NCBI GenBank assembly: GCA_040003745.1
Contig: JBDUBZ010000001.1
Coordinates: forward strand, 1-45,003
Length of the DNA: 45,003 nucleotides
Source: Terriglobia bacterium
GTDB taxonomy: Bacteria > Acidobacteriota > Terriglobia > Bryobacterales > Bryobacteraceae
Reading direction: 5' to 3'
In this document: piece after piece, positions 1 through 8,759 of the stretch
Position numbering within the stretch: position 1 is the first letter of the stretch
How the letters are laid out: every line of letters starts with the position of its first letter
Position numbers and translations under genes: made by a program
The notes under the pieces: model-generated
What the model was told of the DNA's origin: nothing
Database searches by the model: none
The model's input: only the letters and a program-made list of their open reading frames with translations

Positions 1-514
1 GTTCCGACTGCGCAAAAGCCATGCCTGCGCAGACCATAACTCCTAACAACGTTGCCCTGAACGCCCCTGGACGTTTGACTGTAAACATTACGAGCTCTCC
101 TGTTCCGTTATCTTATATACTAATCGCGTCGGAAGGCAAGGAAAGTAACTGCGCCGACACAGGCAGACTCAATTTTGTAGCGCCGCAGTTCATCCACGAT
201 GAATCTGCGGATCTTTGTGTCTGGAGAAGCTGATGAAGCGGATCTTTCCCGCCTGGCGCGCTTTTCACGGCGACCCTGAGGCTGCCCTTTTCGAAGATCC
301 AGTACCAGACTCTTGGCAATCTGTGCCTTCGCGAAGAACCATCCGGCCAACCGGACACAACCTTTTCTCTTTTCTGAAGAAGCCGTGGTCAGCGACTTCA
401 GGACAATCGCTTGAGGGAGCCAAATTCCACGATCGCGAATTTTGCGAAATTGTTCCGGAGCGGGATGTTATACAGTCGGCAGCAGGGTCCAGTACTTTAA
501 AAATGGAGGAGAAG

Positions 515-1516
515 ATGAAAGTGACAGCTGGTCGATTCAGAGCTGCTTTGCTTGGGGCCGCCTTGTGCCTTTCGCCGTTGCTCGCGGCGCAGGAAGTTAG
601 TGGAAAGTGGTCGCTTGTGAATGCCACCGGGCACTTTCATCCGCGAGAGGAAGCATCCTTCGTCAGGTGTGGCGATCGTATGTATCTGCTGGGCGGCCGG
701 GGAATCGTGCCCGTGGACATTTTCGACCCTAAGACCAGGACGTGGTCGGCGGGGGCGCCGCCTCCTGTTGAAATGCATCACTTCCAGGCCGTGGCGTGGC
801 AAGGGCGCATCTACGTCGCGGGCGCCATGACGGGTAATTATCCGAGGGAGGCGCCCCTCGGCAATATCTTCATCTACGATCCAGCCAAAGACGCCTGGTC
901 CACGGGTGAGCCTGTGCCGCCCGCGCGCAGGAGAGGCGGCGCAGGCACCGTCGTCCGCGATGGAAAGCTGTACCTGACAGCGGGAATCAAAAACGGGCAC
1001 ACGGATGGCTGGGTGAATTGGTTCGACAGTTACGACTTCGCCACAAAGAAGTGGACGGAATTACCGGATGCACCCCGCGCTCGCGATCACTTTGAAGCCG
1101 CGATCATCAACGGAAAGCTTTATGCCGCCGGCGGGCGCCGTAGCTCATTCGTGACCAATCAGGTCTTTGATCTCACCATTCCGGAGATCGACGTATTCGA
1201 CTTCAGCAAAGGCAGCTGGTCGACTTTGCCGGCGAAGTGCAATCTTCCCACTCTTCGCGCAGGGGCAGGCACGGTGACGGTGGGATCGGACTTCATTGTG
1301 GTTGGCGGCGAAAGCATGAGCCATCTGCCAGCTCACTCAGAGGTCGAAGCCTTTGATACGGTGCGCCAGGTCTGGCGCTCACTGCCCAGCCTTTTGGAAG
1401 GAAGGCACGGCACTGGAACCGTCTACATGGATGGGACCCTCTACACTGCCGGCGGCGCGGGAGAGAGAGGCGGCAAGCCGCTCCTCACCTCCCTTGAGTC
1501 TCTGAAAATTCATTGA
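515..1516 (+). CDS. Secreted Kelch-repeat beta-propeller protein
   Basis: Part of ORF 215..1516. Preferred start is ATG 515, preceded by GGAGGAG (506-512). Signal-like N-terminus MKVTAGRFRAALLGAALCLSPLLAAQE. Repeated Kelch-type strands are present (MYLLGGRG, IYVAGA, LYLTAG, LYAAGGR, FIVVGGE, LYTAGG). Confidence 0.8.
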   Translation: MKVTAGRFRAALLGAALCLSPLLAAQEVSGKWSLVNATGHFHPREEASFVRCGDRMYLLGGRGIVPVDIFDPKTRTWSAGAPPPVEMHHFQAVAWQGRIYVAGAMTGNYPREAPLGNIFIYDPAKDAWSTGEPVPPARRRGGAGTVVRDGKLYLTAGIKNGHTDGWVNWFDSYDFATKKWTELPDAPRARDHFEAAIINGKLYAAGGRRSSFVTNQVFDLTIPEIDVFDFSKGSWSTLPAKCNLPTLRAGAGTVTVGSDFIVVGGESMSHLPAHSEVEAFDTVRQVWRSLPSLLEGRHGTGTVYMDGTLYTAGGAGERGGKPLLTSLESLKIH

Positions 1517-1543
1517 TTTTCCGGACTTGATTTCCGGGCTTGT

Positions 1544-4114
1544 TCAGCGCTTCACCACAACCACTACGTAAGGGGTTTCCACCTCAAGGTCGGGGTACAT
1601 TCTGCCGCCGCCGTTGCTTCCGATGGTCTCAACGAAATACATCACGTCCCAGGTGGGATTGATAAAGGAACCCGGAATCGCTCCCACATAATTTCCCGTT
1701 TTCGAGTCCAGGGTCATGTCCACGTTCAGATAGTCTTCGGTCTGGTTGACATGCCGGTATCTCAGGCGAACGGACGCCGTACCCGATGGAGCGCTGACGC
1801 GGACCGATACAGGGAAGTCCCGCCCCGGCGTGGCCGATTTTTCGGAGGTTATCTGCGCGCGAGGGGGAACGGGACTCGCAGCCATTGGCACGGCATGCAC
1901 CGATCCAGGCTTGTCCTTCGCTGCGGCGCGTTCCGCGAGAAGCTTCTCGAAATCACGGCCGAGCAGCGCGTACTCTTCTTCCCAATGACGGCTGAAACCC
2001 ACCGCATGTACGCCGAAAGCGAGGTGCTTGCTGTAGACGTCTCCCGCGGCATCCACCATTTGCTTCCACGCCTCCATCGCATGCCGTTCCGAAGCAATAG
2101 CGTCATCGAATGCGGCCAGATTGCCGGATTGCTTGTAGAGGTTATAGCTCACCCCGGCGAGAAGCCGGAACGAATGGTAGCGCGCCAGACCGGCCAGAAT
2201 CTTCAGATCCGTCGTAGTCGATAGAAATTCGTTGCCGGATCCCTTTCCGCCCGCTTTCCCGGCCTGCGCCACCTCAGACAGAATGGAATCGGCGGTTGCC
2301 GCGAACCAGCGGCTGGTCTCTTCCGGCCGGCGCATGGGTGTGGGTGTGCCGGCCAGAATGCTCTTTGCCTCATCGCGCACATTCATAAACTGCTGGATGT
2401 CGCTGCCATCCTCATTGGCGTATTGCTGGAGGCTTCCCTGCCGGTTCATCTCGGCCCAGCCGCGCGTGGTTGGAAAGTTCTGGTAGAGATAGCTGGCAGC
2501 AACAATGCGGGGCAGAACGTTGCTGGCGAGATGAAGACCTTTCATAAGATGCGCTCCGGCCGCGGGACCGAATCGACTGTCGAACTCCCGCGTCCAGACT
2601 TCCGGTTCAGCGCCGGGGTTGTAACTGACCCGGCCCCAGACCCGATAAAAATGCCAGTACCTTTCAAACTCGTAATCGTAATACCGGTCTTTGGGATTGA
2701 GAATATCGAGCGGCGGGTCGTCCTGCGGCTCGCCTAACATCTTGGTCGCGAGCATCTCATTCACTTCGAAGCTGGTGCCGTCATAGAGCCGCACCGTGCC
2801 GGCGAACCGGCGCACATATTCCGGATCGCCCCACAACAGCAGTCTGGTGGTGCCGCCATTCCAAAGCTGCCAGTGAATCCGGTAGCGCTGCGGATAGCGC
2901 AGCAGGTCGGCATAGCCGTGGCGGCGCTCCGCCTGATTCTGCGTATTGATGTGAGTTGGATGAAAGGGCATCCCCATCTGCTCCATCCAGTACTTGGTCG
3001 AGACGCGAGACTGCAGGCCGAGATCGACGGCGTCGTTGATGACCGCGTCGGGCAACTCTTTAGCGCGAAGATCGAGGCGCAGATTCGGATGATCCCGTTT
3101 GATCGCAGTAAAGACGTCGTGCCAGAACGATTGCATCTCCTCGTGCTTGAGGCCCGATTCATCGTGCATGCGGAACTGGATCGCATCCACTTCCGGGAAG
3201 ACCTCAAGAAAACGATTCAGCGCCGCTTTGGTGTAAGTCGACAGGTTGTCGGTCGTAACGCCGAAAACCAGTCCATGCACCCGCTTCCCGGCATTTTCCG
3301 AGGCGCCCGGGATGCCCCCTCCCTGTACCCCGCCGCGATAAATGTGGTCCCAGATGCCGGCCGTCACGTCGATTCCACGCTCATGCGCGATCCGGATCAT
3401 GGCTTTGAATGCCGCCACGTTCTTTGCCTGCTGCGCGGCAGTGATCCCCACCATCTCGACGCCGGTAAATCCCGGTGTGTTGAAGAAGTAGGGATATACC
3501 GGGGCCAGGAAGCCGCCGTCTTCGTAACCAAAGATCACGACGAAGCTGTTGATGCGGTCAGCCGCCAGCATGTCGAAATAGCGGGTCCAGTATCGCTCGT
3601 CGTAGAGACGCTGTTCGAAGTACGCCCGCTGCATCGTGTAGGTGGAAATGCCGCGCTCTGCGATGTAGGGCGTCTCCAATATGTCGTGCACAGATTGAAA
3701 GGGATCTGCACCGGTTGATGCGGAGATCTTCTCGGCGGTATCGATGGCCGCGTACATTAGCCCCCGGGAATCGCCGCCGGCAAGAACGACTGCCGGGATG
3801 CCATTGATGCGCCCGCGCCAGGCCGCGAGTGCTTCCGGACCTTTGGGCATAACCGCGCCCCGGCCCTTGATCGCGCGGGCGGCAGTTTCGGCGGCAGACC
3901 CGCCCACTACGATCTGGAACTTGGCGCCTTTCGGGCTGTCGATAATCTCGAACCCCCTGGCCTGAACTGCCTGGCGCAACACCTCCACACCGTGCGAGGC
4001 GGGCAGGCCCGTATTGCCATCGGTCAAAATCGCGACCTTTTGAGCGGCTGCCAGAGGCAGACCGGCCATCGAAAGATAGATCGCCGCGAACCGGATTCTT
4101 GAAAAGAATTGCAT
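1544..4114 (-). CDS. Secreted glycoside-hydrolase-like protein (family not assignable by eye)
   Basis: 856 aa ORF with a signal peptide (MQFFSRIRFAAIYLSMAGLPLAAAQ). The N-terminal domain has a GDSRGLMYAAIDTAEKI motif reminiscent of GH20b/GH67N-type domains. The central region looks like a TIM barrel. It lies 32 nt downstream of the mutarotase-lactonase gene on the same strand. Confidence 0.6.
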   Translation of the reverse strand: MQFFSRIRFAAIYLSMAGLPLAAAQKVAILTDGNTGLPASHGVEVLRQAVQARGFEIIDSPKGAKFQIVVGGSAAETAARAIKGRGAVMPKGPEALAAWRGRINGIPAVVLAGGDSRGLMYAAIDTAEKISASTGADPFQSVHDILETPYIAERGISTYTMQRAYFEQRLYDERYWTRYFDMLAADRINSFVVIFGYEDGGFLAPVYPYFFNTPGFTGVEMVGITAAQQAKNVAAFKAMIRIAHERGIDVTAGIWDHIYRGGVQGGGIPGASENAGKRVHGLVFGVTTDNLSTYTKAALNRFLEVFPEVDAIQFRMHDESGLKHEEMQSFWHDVFTAIKRDHPNLRLDLRAKELPDAVINDAVDLGLQSRVSTKYWMEQMGMPFHPTHINTQNQAERRHGYADLLRYPQRYRIHWQLWNGGTTRLLLWGDPEYVRRFAGTVRLYDGTSFEVNEMLATKMLGEPQDDPPLDILNPKDRYYDYEFERYWHFYRVWGRVSYNPGAEPEVWTREFDSRFGPAAGAHLMKGLHLASNVLPRIVAASYLYQNFPTTRGWAEMNRQGSLQQYANEDGSDIQQFMNVRDEAKSILAGTPTPMRRPEETSRWFAATADSILSEVAQAGKAGGKGSGNEFLSTTTDLKILAGLARYHSFRLLAGVSYNLYKQSGNLAAFDDAIASERHAMEAWKQMVDAAGDVYSKHLAFGVHAVGFSRHWEEEYALLGRDFEKLLAERAAAKDKPGSVHAVPMAASPVPPRAQITSEKSATPGRDFPVSVRVSAPSGTASVRLRYRHVNQTEDYLNVDMTLDSKTGNYVGAIPGSFINPTWDVMYFVETIGSNGGGRMYPDLEVETPYVVVVVKR

Positions 4115-4146
4115 GTAAACACCTCCGCGCGAATTTGTAACTTATA

Positions 4147-6027
4147 TCAATACTGCAGTGAACCTCGATCCGGTATGCGGACGCTGTAGACAGAGGTTCG
4201 GGCCGTCACGTATAGCGTCTTGAGATCGGAACCGCCGAACGCACAATTGGCGGGAGTTTCCGGGAAGTCAATCGTGCGCAGAATTTTCCCGGCGGGGGAA
4301 TAGACGGCGATCCCTTTTGCCGCTATATACAGGTTCCCGTTTTCGGCCACCCGGAGACCGTCGGGCGTGCCTTCGATGCCGGAGATGAAGACACGCTCCC
4401 TCGACGCGTCACCCCTGCCGTCCAGATCCCAGGCCAGGATCTTGCGTTCTTCGGAATCGGCGATGTAAAGTGTGCGGCCGTCGGGTGTGAGCGCGACGCC
4501 GTTGGGCCGTCCCATTTTTTGAGTGATCAGCGACAGCTTGCCGTCCGGCGAAATGTGGTAAACCCCGTTGAAGCTGAGTTCCTGAGGCTCGAGGACGGCT
4601 TTCGAAGCGGGGTCGGTAAAGTAGACGTGTCCGTCGCGCCGGACGACGATATCGTTAGGGGAATTGAGGCGCTTGCCCTGCCATTCCGAGGCGAGGACGG
4701 TTACGGAGCCGTCCTTTTCCATGCGGGAAATACGCCGGCCGTCACGCTCGGCGGAGTAGAGGCGGCCTTGCGAATCCATGGAGTTGCCATTCGCGGCATT
4801 GGTGTAGTTGCGATAGATTTCGGGGCTGGATGAGCCGGCGATCTTCATGATCCGCGAGTTGTAGATATCGCTGAAGATGAGAAAACCTTGTTTCGACCAA
4901 ACCGGCCCTTCGACGAAGGCGAAATCCCCGCCGACCTTCTCGATCCCGGCGGCGGGGGCAGGTGGCGCAGCCGTATCGACCTGGAGTTCAAGACGCCACT
5001 TCCAATCCCTGCCCGGCTGGAGTTTCACAGCGCCCTGGCCGGAATTGAGCGAGTTTTGGATGCCGAAAATCGGCTCCGGGCAGAAATAGCCGGCTTTAGG
5101 GCCGCCATAGAGATTGAAGCGGACCAGCGGCTCGCCAAGGGTGGAACTGGCCTGTTGGGTCAGGCGCAGCGAGACGCCCTGGGGATCGACAAGCCGGGCA
5201 TAGGGCTGACTGCGGTACCCGCCCATGGGCAGGGCTGTGACGGCGTCGAAATCGCCGAGGGCCACCGGCGTCTGGAAAGAGCGCGGCTTCCGCTCGCCGT
5301 TCAGGAGACCCTTGTCGTTCCGCATCATCTGGATAGTGGACGCGGTTTCGAGCGTCATTTTTCCAGGGTCGGTGCCCTTCACGAATGGCACGTTGAAGGC
5401 GATATGGTTCCCGATGGAAAACGGCATTTCGACCTTATTGGAGCTATCCGAAGTGATCTTGTAGTCGATGGTCAGATGACCGCCTGAGAGTTCGTAGCTG
5501 GCGGTGACGCGGAACGCGAACGGGTAGGACGGGCGGGTCTGTTCGGAGTCGCGCAGTTCCACCGTGACGCGCGCGCCGGACTGGTCGGCGGAACGGGAGA
5601 CTTCCTTCCAGGGAAGATTTTTGGCGAACCCGTGGCAGGGCATCTCGTAGGCCTTGCCGCCGGATGACCAGGTGCCCGGACCACAACTGTTGGCGGGGAC
5701 CGTGCCGACGGGGTATTGCGCGCCGAAGGCCGGCCAGATGAGCGGGCCTTTACCGGCAAAACCGGAGCTCGAATAGTCGCGCGCGCGGTAGAGAAATTCG
5801 GTCCACTCGCCCTTCACGCGGACTCGGTAGCTGGCCAGTTCTCCGCCCTTCGATGGGGTTACCGCAGCTTCGACACCTGCCACAACATCGCGCAGTACGA
5901 CGACTTCAGGGGAGCCGGGCCCGGCAGCAAGCTCGTCGGAGACCGTGTAGCGGATTTGGGCCGGCAGGGGCAGTGCTGCCAAAAAAAGTGCCGCGGGCAA
6001 AAGCCTGTTCACGTTCAGATAACTCAT
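4147..6027 (-). CDS. Secreted fusion protein: galactose-mutarotase-like (aldose 1-epimerase) domain plus SMP-30/gluconolactonase/LRE-like beta-propeller
   Basis: Signal peptide MSYLNVNRLLPAALFLAALPLPAQ. The N-terminal half carries LacX/aldose-epimerase-type motifs (PCHGFAKNLPW, YPFAFRV, SIGNHIAFNVP). The C-terminal half carries gluconolactonase-type motifs (VEGPVWSKQGFLIFSD, LNSPNDIVV, RPNGVALTPDGRTLYIADS). Its start overlaps the PQQ gene stop as ATGA (6024-6027). Confidence 0.8.
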   Translation of the reverse strand: MSYLNVNRLLPAALFLAALPLPAQIRYTVSDELAAGPGSPEVVVLRDVVAGVEAAVTPSKGGELASYRVRVKGEWTEFLYRARDYSSSGFAGKGPLIWPAFGAQYPVGTVPANSCGPGTWSSGGKAYEMPCHGFAKNLPWKEVSRSADQSGARVTVELRDSEQTRPSYPFAFRVTASYELSGGHLTIDYKITSDSSNKVEMPFSIGNHIAFNVPFVKGTDPGKMTLETASTIQMMRNDKGLLNGERKPRSFQTPVALGDFDAVTALPMGGYRSQPYARLVDPQGVSLRLTQQASSTLGEPLVRFNLYGGPKAGYFCPEPIFGIQNSLNSGQGAVKLQPGRDWKWRLELQVDTAAPPAPAAGIEKVGGDFAFVEGPVWSKQGFLIFSDIYNSRIMKIAGSSSPEIYRNYTNAANGNSMDSQGRLYSAERDGRRISRMEKDGSVTVLASEWQGKRLNSPNDIVVRRDGHVYFTDPASKAVLEPQELSFNGVYHISPDGKLSLITQKMGRPNGVALTPDGRTLYIADSEERKILAWDLDGRGDASRERVFISGIEGTPDGLRVAENGNLYIAAKGIAVYSPAGKILRTIDFPETPANCAFGGSDLKTLYVTARTSVYSVRIPDRGSLQY

Positions 6028-7616
6028 TTCTTAATCGCTCTGGGCTCGAAGAGGCTGAAGCCGATGATGTCGCCACCGGCCGCAAGCCCGACGTATTGTT
6101 TCCCGTCCACCGTGTAAGTGATCGGCTGAGCCGAGATCGGCTGGCCGGTGTAGAAGTGCCACAGGGTCTCGCCGGTCTTCGAATCATAGGCTACGAATTC
6201 GCCGTTCAGCTCGGCCGAAAAGAGCAGTCCGCCCGCAGTTGAGAGCAATCCGCCCCCGAAACCAGTCGAGCCGATGCGTTCCATCTCCCACCTGAGCTTG
6301 CCGGTGGTGAGATCCAGCGCCCGGACGTAGACTTTCCAGGAGTCGTCGCGGATCTCCACGTCGCCGGTGGCGCGGTATTGGAAACCGCCCGGCCGGAACG
6401 TCTCGGTGGATTTGTTGGCCAGGCCACAACCTTCCTGCGCGACCACGTAGAACAGGCCTGTATCCGGGCTATAGGCCGGAGACTGCCAATTCGCCGCGCC
6501 AATGGCGGAGGGGCAAACAACCGTACCCTTCAGAGAGGGCTCAATACCGGGAATGCGGATGGGCCGGCCCTCCGCGGTCAATCCGCTGGCCCAGTTCATG
6601 TGCTGCACAAACGGGGTGCCGGTGAGGAACTTTCCATTGGTGCGGTCAAGCAGATAGTAGAAGCCGTTGCGGTCGGCATGCGCCATCAGCTTGCGCATTT
6701 TTCCCTGGTAAGGTGCGTCCACGAGGATGGGGACTTCGACGGCGTCCCAGTCCATGGTGTCGTGAGGTGTGAACTGGAAATACCATCTCAGACGACCGGT
6801 GTCCAGATCGAGCGCGACGACGGATTCGGTGTAAAGGTTGTCGCCAATCCGGACGTCGCCGTTGAAATCCGGCGCCGGGTTGCCGATACCCCAGTAAAGG
6901 AGGTTGAGTTCGGGATCGTAGCTGCCGGTGAGCCAGGTATTACCACCCGCGGACTTCCAGGAATCGCCGGGCCATGTGTCGCTGCCGGGCTCGCCGGGGC
7001 GCGGGATGGGATTGAAGCGCCAGAGCCGCTCGCCGGTGGTGGCGTCATACGCGTCGAGAAAGCCGTTCAGACCGTGGTCGCCGGGGGCGGAACCGGCGAT
7101 GACCTTGCCGTTAACCACGAGGGGAGCGCCAGGGGACCAGTAGCCGTCGCTTGCCTCGGCCAGTTTGGCCTCCCACACAACGTTGCCGCTACCCGCATTG
7201 AGGGCAATCAGATGCGCGTCGGGCGTAGTGACATAAACCTTGTCCTTCCACACGGCAACGCCGCGGTTGGGCCCTTTCTGGATTGCCGGGATGCGGTGGT
7301 ATTCCCAGATTTGGCGACCGGTGCGGGCGTCAACGGCGTAAACCTCGTTTGGCTGGCTCACATACATGACGCCATCGACCACGATGGGCACGGTCTGGAG
7401 GCGGCTCGCGCCGGGGACGTGATAGATCCACCTGGGGACGAGCCCGTCGATGGTCGCGGTGTTGACCTGTTTGAGCGAAGAGTGGCGGCGGCTGTCGTAA
7501 CTGCCGTTGTATGAAAGCCAGTTGGCGGGATTGGCGTCCCTCAACTGGACATCGGTGACCTGTGCTTCGAGCGCCGCCGCCAGGAGCCCGAGGGCTGCAA
7601 CGATGCGGATGATCAT
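6024..7616 (-). CDS. PQQ-dependent dehydrogenase (quinoprotein, methanol/ethanol-dehydrogenase-like propeller)
   Basis: 530 aa with a signal peptide. Typical quinoprotein N-terminus (ANWLSYNGSYDSRRHSSL). Also has GGNTWLTGSYDPELNLLYWGIGNPAPD and TPHDTMDWDAV motifs and repeated W-containing blades. Its start overlaps the cytochrome c stop as ATGA (7613-7616). Confidence 0.85.
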   Translation of the reverse strand: MIIRIVAALGLLAAALEAQVTDVQLRDANPANWLSYNGSYDSRRHSSLKQVNTATIDGLVPRWIYHVPGASRLQTVPIVVDGVMYVSQPNEVYAVDARTGRQIWEYHRIPAIQKGPNRGVAVWKDKVYVTTPDAHLIALNAGSGNVVWEAKLAEASDGYWSPGAPLVVNGKVIAGSAPGDHGLNGFLDAYDATTGERLWRFNPIPRPGEPGSDTWPGDSWKSAGGNTWLTGSYDPELNLLYWGIGNPAPDFNGDVRIGDNLYTESVVALDLDTGRLRWYFQFTPHDTMDWDAVEVPILVDAPYQGKMRKLMAHADRNGFYYLLDRTNGKFLTGTPFVQHMNWASGLTAEGRPIRIPGIEPSLKGTVVCPSAIGAANWQSPAYSPDTGLFYVVAQEGCGLANKSTETFRPGGFQYRATGDVEIRDDSWKVYVRALDLTTGKLRWEMERIGSTGFGGGLLSTAGGLLFSAELNGEFVAYDSKTGETLWHFYTGQPISAQPITYTVDGKQYVGLAAGGDIIGFSLFEPRAIKK

Positions 7617-8425
7617 CGGCCCACCTCATTTTCGCCCTGCCATGTAATCTTCACTTTGGTGCGCGCCTGGACGGCGAGCATGGCCACCAGGTCCCGGTAT
7701 TGGGCCGGGGTCAACTTCTTGTCGTAATCGTGAGGCATGAGTGACTTATCGGCGTAGACGATGCCGCGGAGCCGGGCAGTGTCGAGCAGGTGCAGTTTGC
7801 CCTGCGCGTCGAGAACCTGCAGCGAGAAGGCGTCCCGGTTGCGCGCGATGCCGGTGATCTTTTCGCCCGTGGCGGTGGTCGCGGTGACAGGGCGATAGCC
7901 ATTAGGAATGGGGCGTTCTCTGGTGAGGGCGTCGCGGATCCGGTTAAGGTTGAGCTGCGCGCCGATGCTGGACAGGTCGGGCCCGATGATACCGCCCTGT
8001 CCACGGATCATGTGGCACTGGACGCAGCCCCCCGCGCCATTGAAAACGCTCATGCCGTTTGGAACGCTGCCTGGCACCACGAGGTCCGACGCGGTTGCCC
8101 GAATGGCCCGGATGAAGGTGACAATCTTCCAGATGTCGTTGTCGGGCAGGCCGGAGGCGGGCATAACCGTACCGGGAATGCCCGCTTTGAGCGTTTCGAA
8201 AATGGCCGCCTCGCTGACTCGGAAGTAGCGGCGGTTGCCGTCAAGGCCCGGGGCGCGGTCGCCATCGGCGCCGTCCGGCCCGTGGCAGCCAGTGCACGAC
8301 CGGTTGTAGATGAGACGGCCGGCCTCGGCGACCTGGGGCGAGTCGCCGAGCGGATTGGCCGGCTTGCGGATCTGGGCACTGGCAGCCGCCAGCACCAGCG
8401 TAGTCAGCAGAACAAAGAGTTTCAT
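7613..8425 (-). CDS. Dihaem c-type cytochrome, periplasmic
   Basis: Two CXXCH motifs (CTGCH, CVQCH). Signal peptide MKLFVLLTTLVLAAASAQ. The ORF track starts at TTG 8431, but ATG 8425 (MKLF...) is preferred. It is the first gene of the coupled cytochrome c / PQQ-DH / lactonase operon. Confidence 0.8.
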   Translation of the reverse strand: MKLFVLLTTLVLAAASAQIRKPANPLGDSPQVAEAGRLIYNRSCTGCHGPDGADGDRAPGLDGNRRYFRVSEAAIFETLKAGIPGTVMPASGLPDNDIWKIVTFIRAIRATASDLVVPGSVPNGMSVFNGAGGCVQCHMIRGQGGIIGPDLSSIGAQLNLNRIRDALTRERPIPNGYRPVTATTATGEKITGIARNRDAFSLQVLDAQGKLHLLDTARLRGIVYADKSLMPHDYDKKLTPAQYRDLVAMLAVQARTKVKITWQGENEVGR

Positions 8426-8429
8426 CGTC

Positions 8430-8457
8430 AAAAGCGCAAAGGGCGCGGTCCCGCGCC
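8430..8457. repeat. 28-nt GCGC-block motif, copy 1 (AAAAGCGCAAAGGGCGCGGTCCCGCGCC)
   Basis: Matches 14064-14091 at 26 of 28 positions. Lies 5 nt upstream of the cytochrome c ATG. Contains the inverted repeat GGCGCG/CGCGCC. Confidence 0.6.
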
Positions 8458-8648
8458 GCCAAAGATAAAAGATAGAAGATAAAGGATCTCACGGATCGGG
8501 GGCGCCGGGGCCGCGAATCCACGACCTCGTTGCCACGCCATTCGAGCGTGTTCTTGGCAATCCTTAAACAACGGCAGCCAGGATGTCTTCAACCTCTGTC
8601 TCTACTCAGAGATATAATATTGTAAGCAGCGCAGAAGCTCACTAATTC

Positions 8649-8717
8649 ATGAATTCTCAGATTCACGACATAGGCATTAACACGGCGGTGGCGATTATTA
8701 TCGCCAGCTCCGCCTGA
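8649..8717 (+). promoter_or_regulatory. Ile-rich leader peptide ORF (MNSQIHDIGINTAVAIIIASSA) of an ilvA attenuator
   Basis: 22-codon ORF with 6 Ile, including three consecutive Ile codons (att att atc, 8694-8702). It ends 42 nt before a strong intrinsic terminator and sits directly upstream of ilvA. Confidence 0.6.
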
Positions 8718-8759
8718 GCCAGCCTGCGAATCGAGACATTTCGTTTCACAAGTAGTTGG

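Noticed and set aside
1-233. Open frame from the window edge to a stop at 233 (…TITPNNVALNAPGRLTVNITSS…), possibly the 3' end of an upstream gene
   Set aside because: It is only about 77 codons long with atypically AT-rich codons. I recognised no domain and cannot verify it without the upstream sequence. It is left unannotated.
1517-1543. Small hairpin CCGGA-N7-TCCGG between the convergent Kelch and GH-like genes
   Set aside because: It has only a 5-bp stem and no U-tract on either strand. That is not enough to call a terminator.
2873-3718. 281 aa plus-strand ORF inside the GH-like gene, together with similar antisense ORFs at 15719..16429, 18369..19148, 31921..32760, 39683..40429 and 42752..43495
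   Set aside because: All lie antisense to genes with clear family signatures, and all have the Arg/Gly/Val-rich composition expected from reading GC-rich coding DNA backwards.
6378-7514. 378 aa plus-strand ORF antisense to the PQQ dehydrogenase
   Set aside because: Shadow ORF. The opposite strand encodes a protein with unmistakable quinoprotein motifs.
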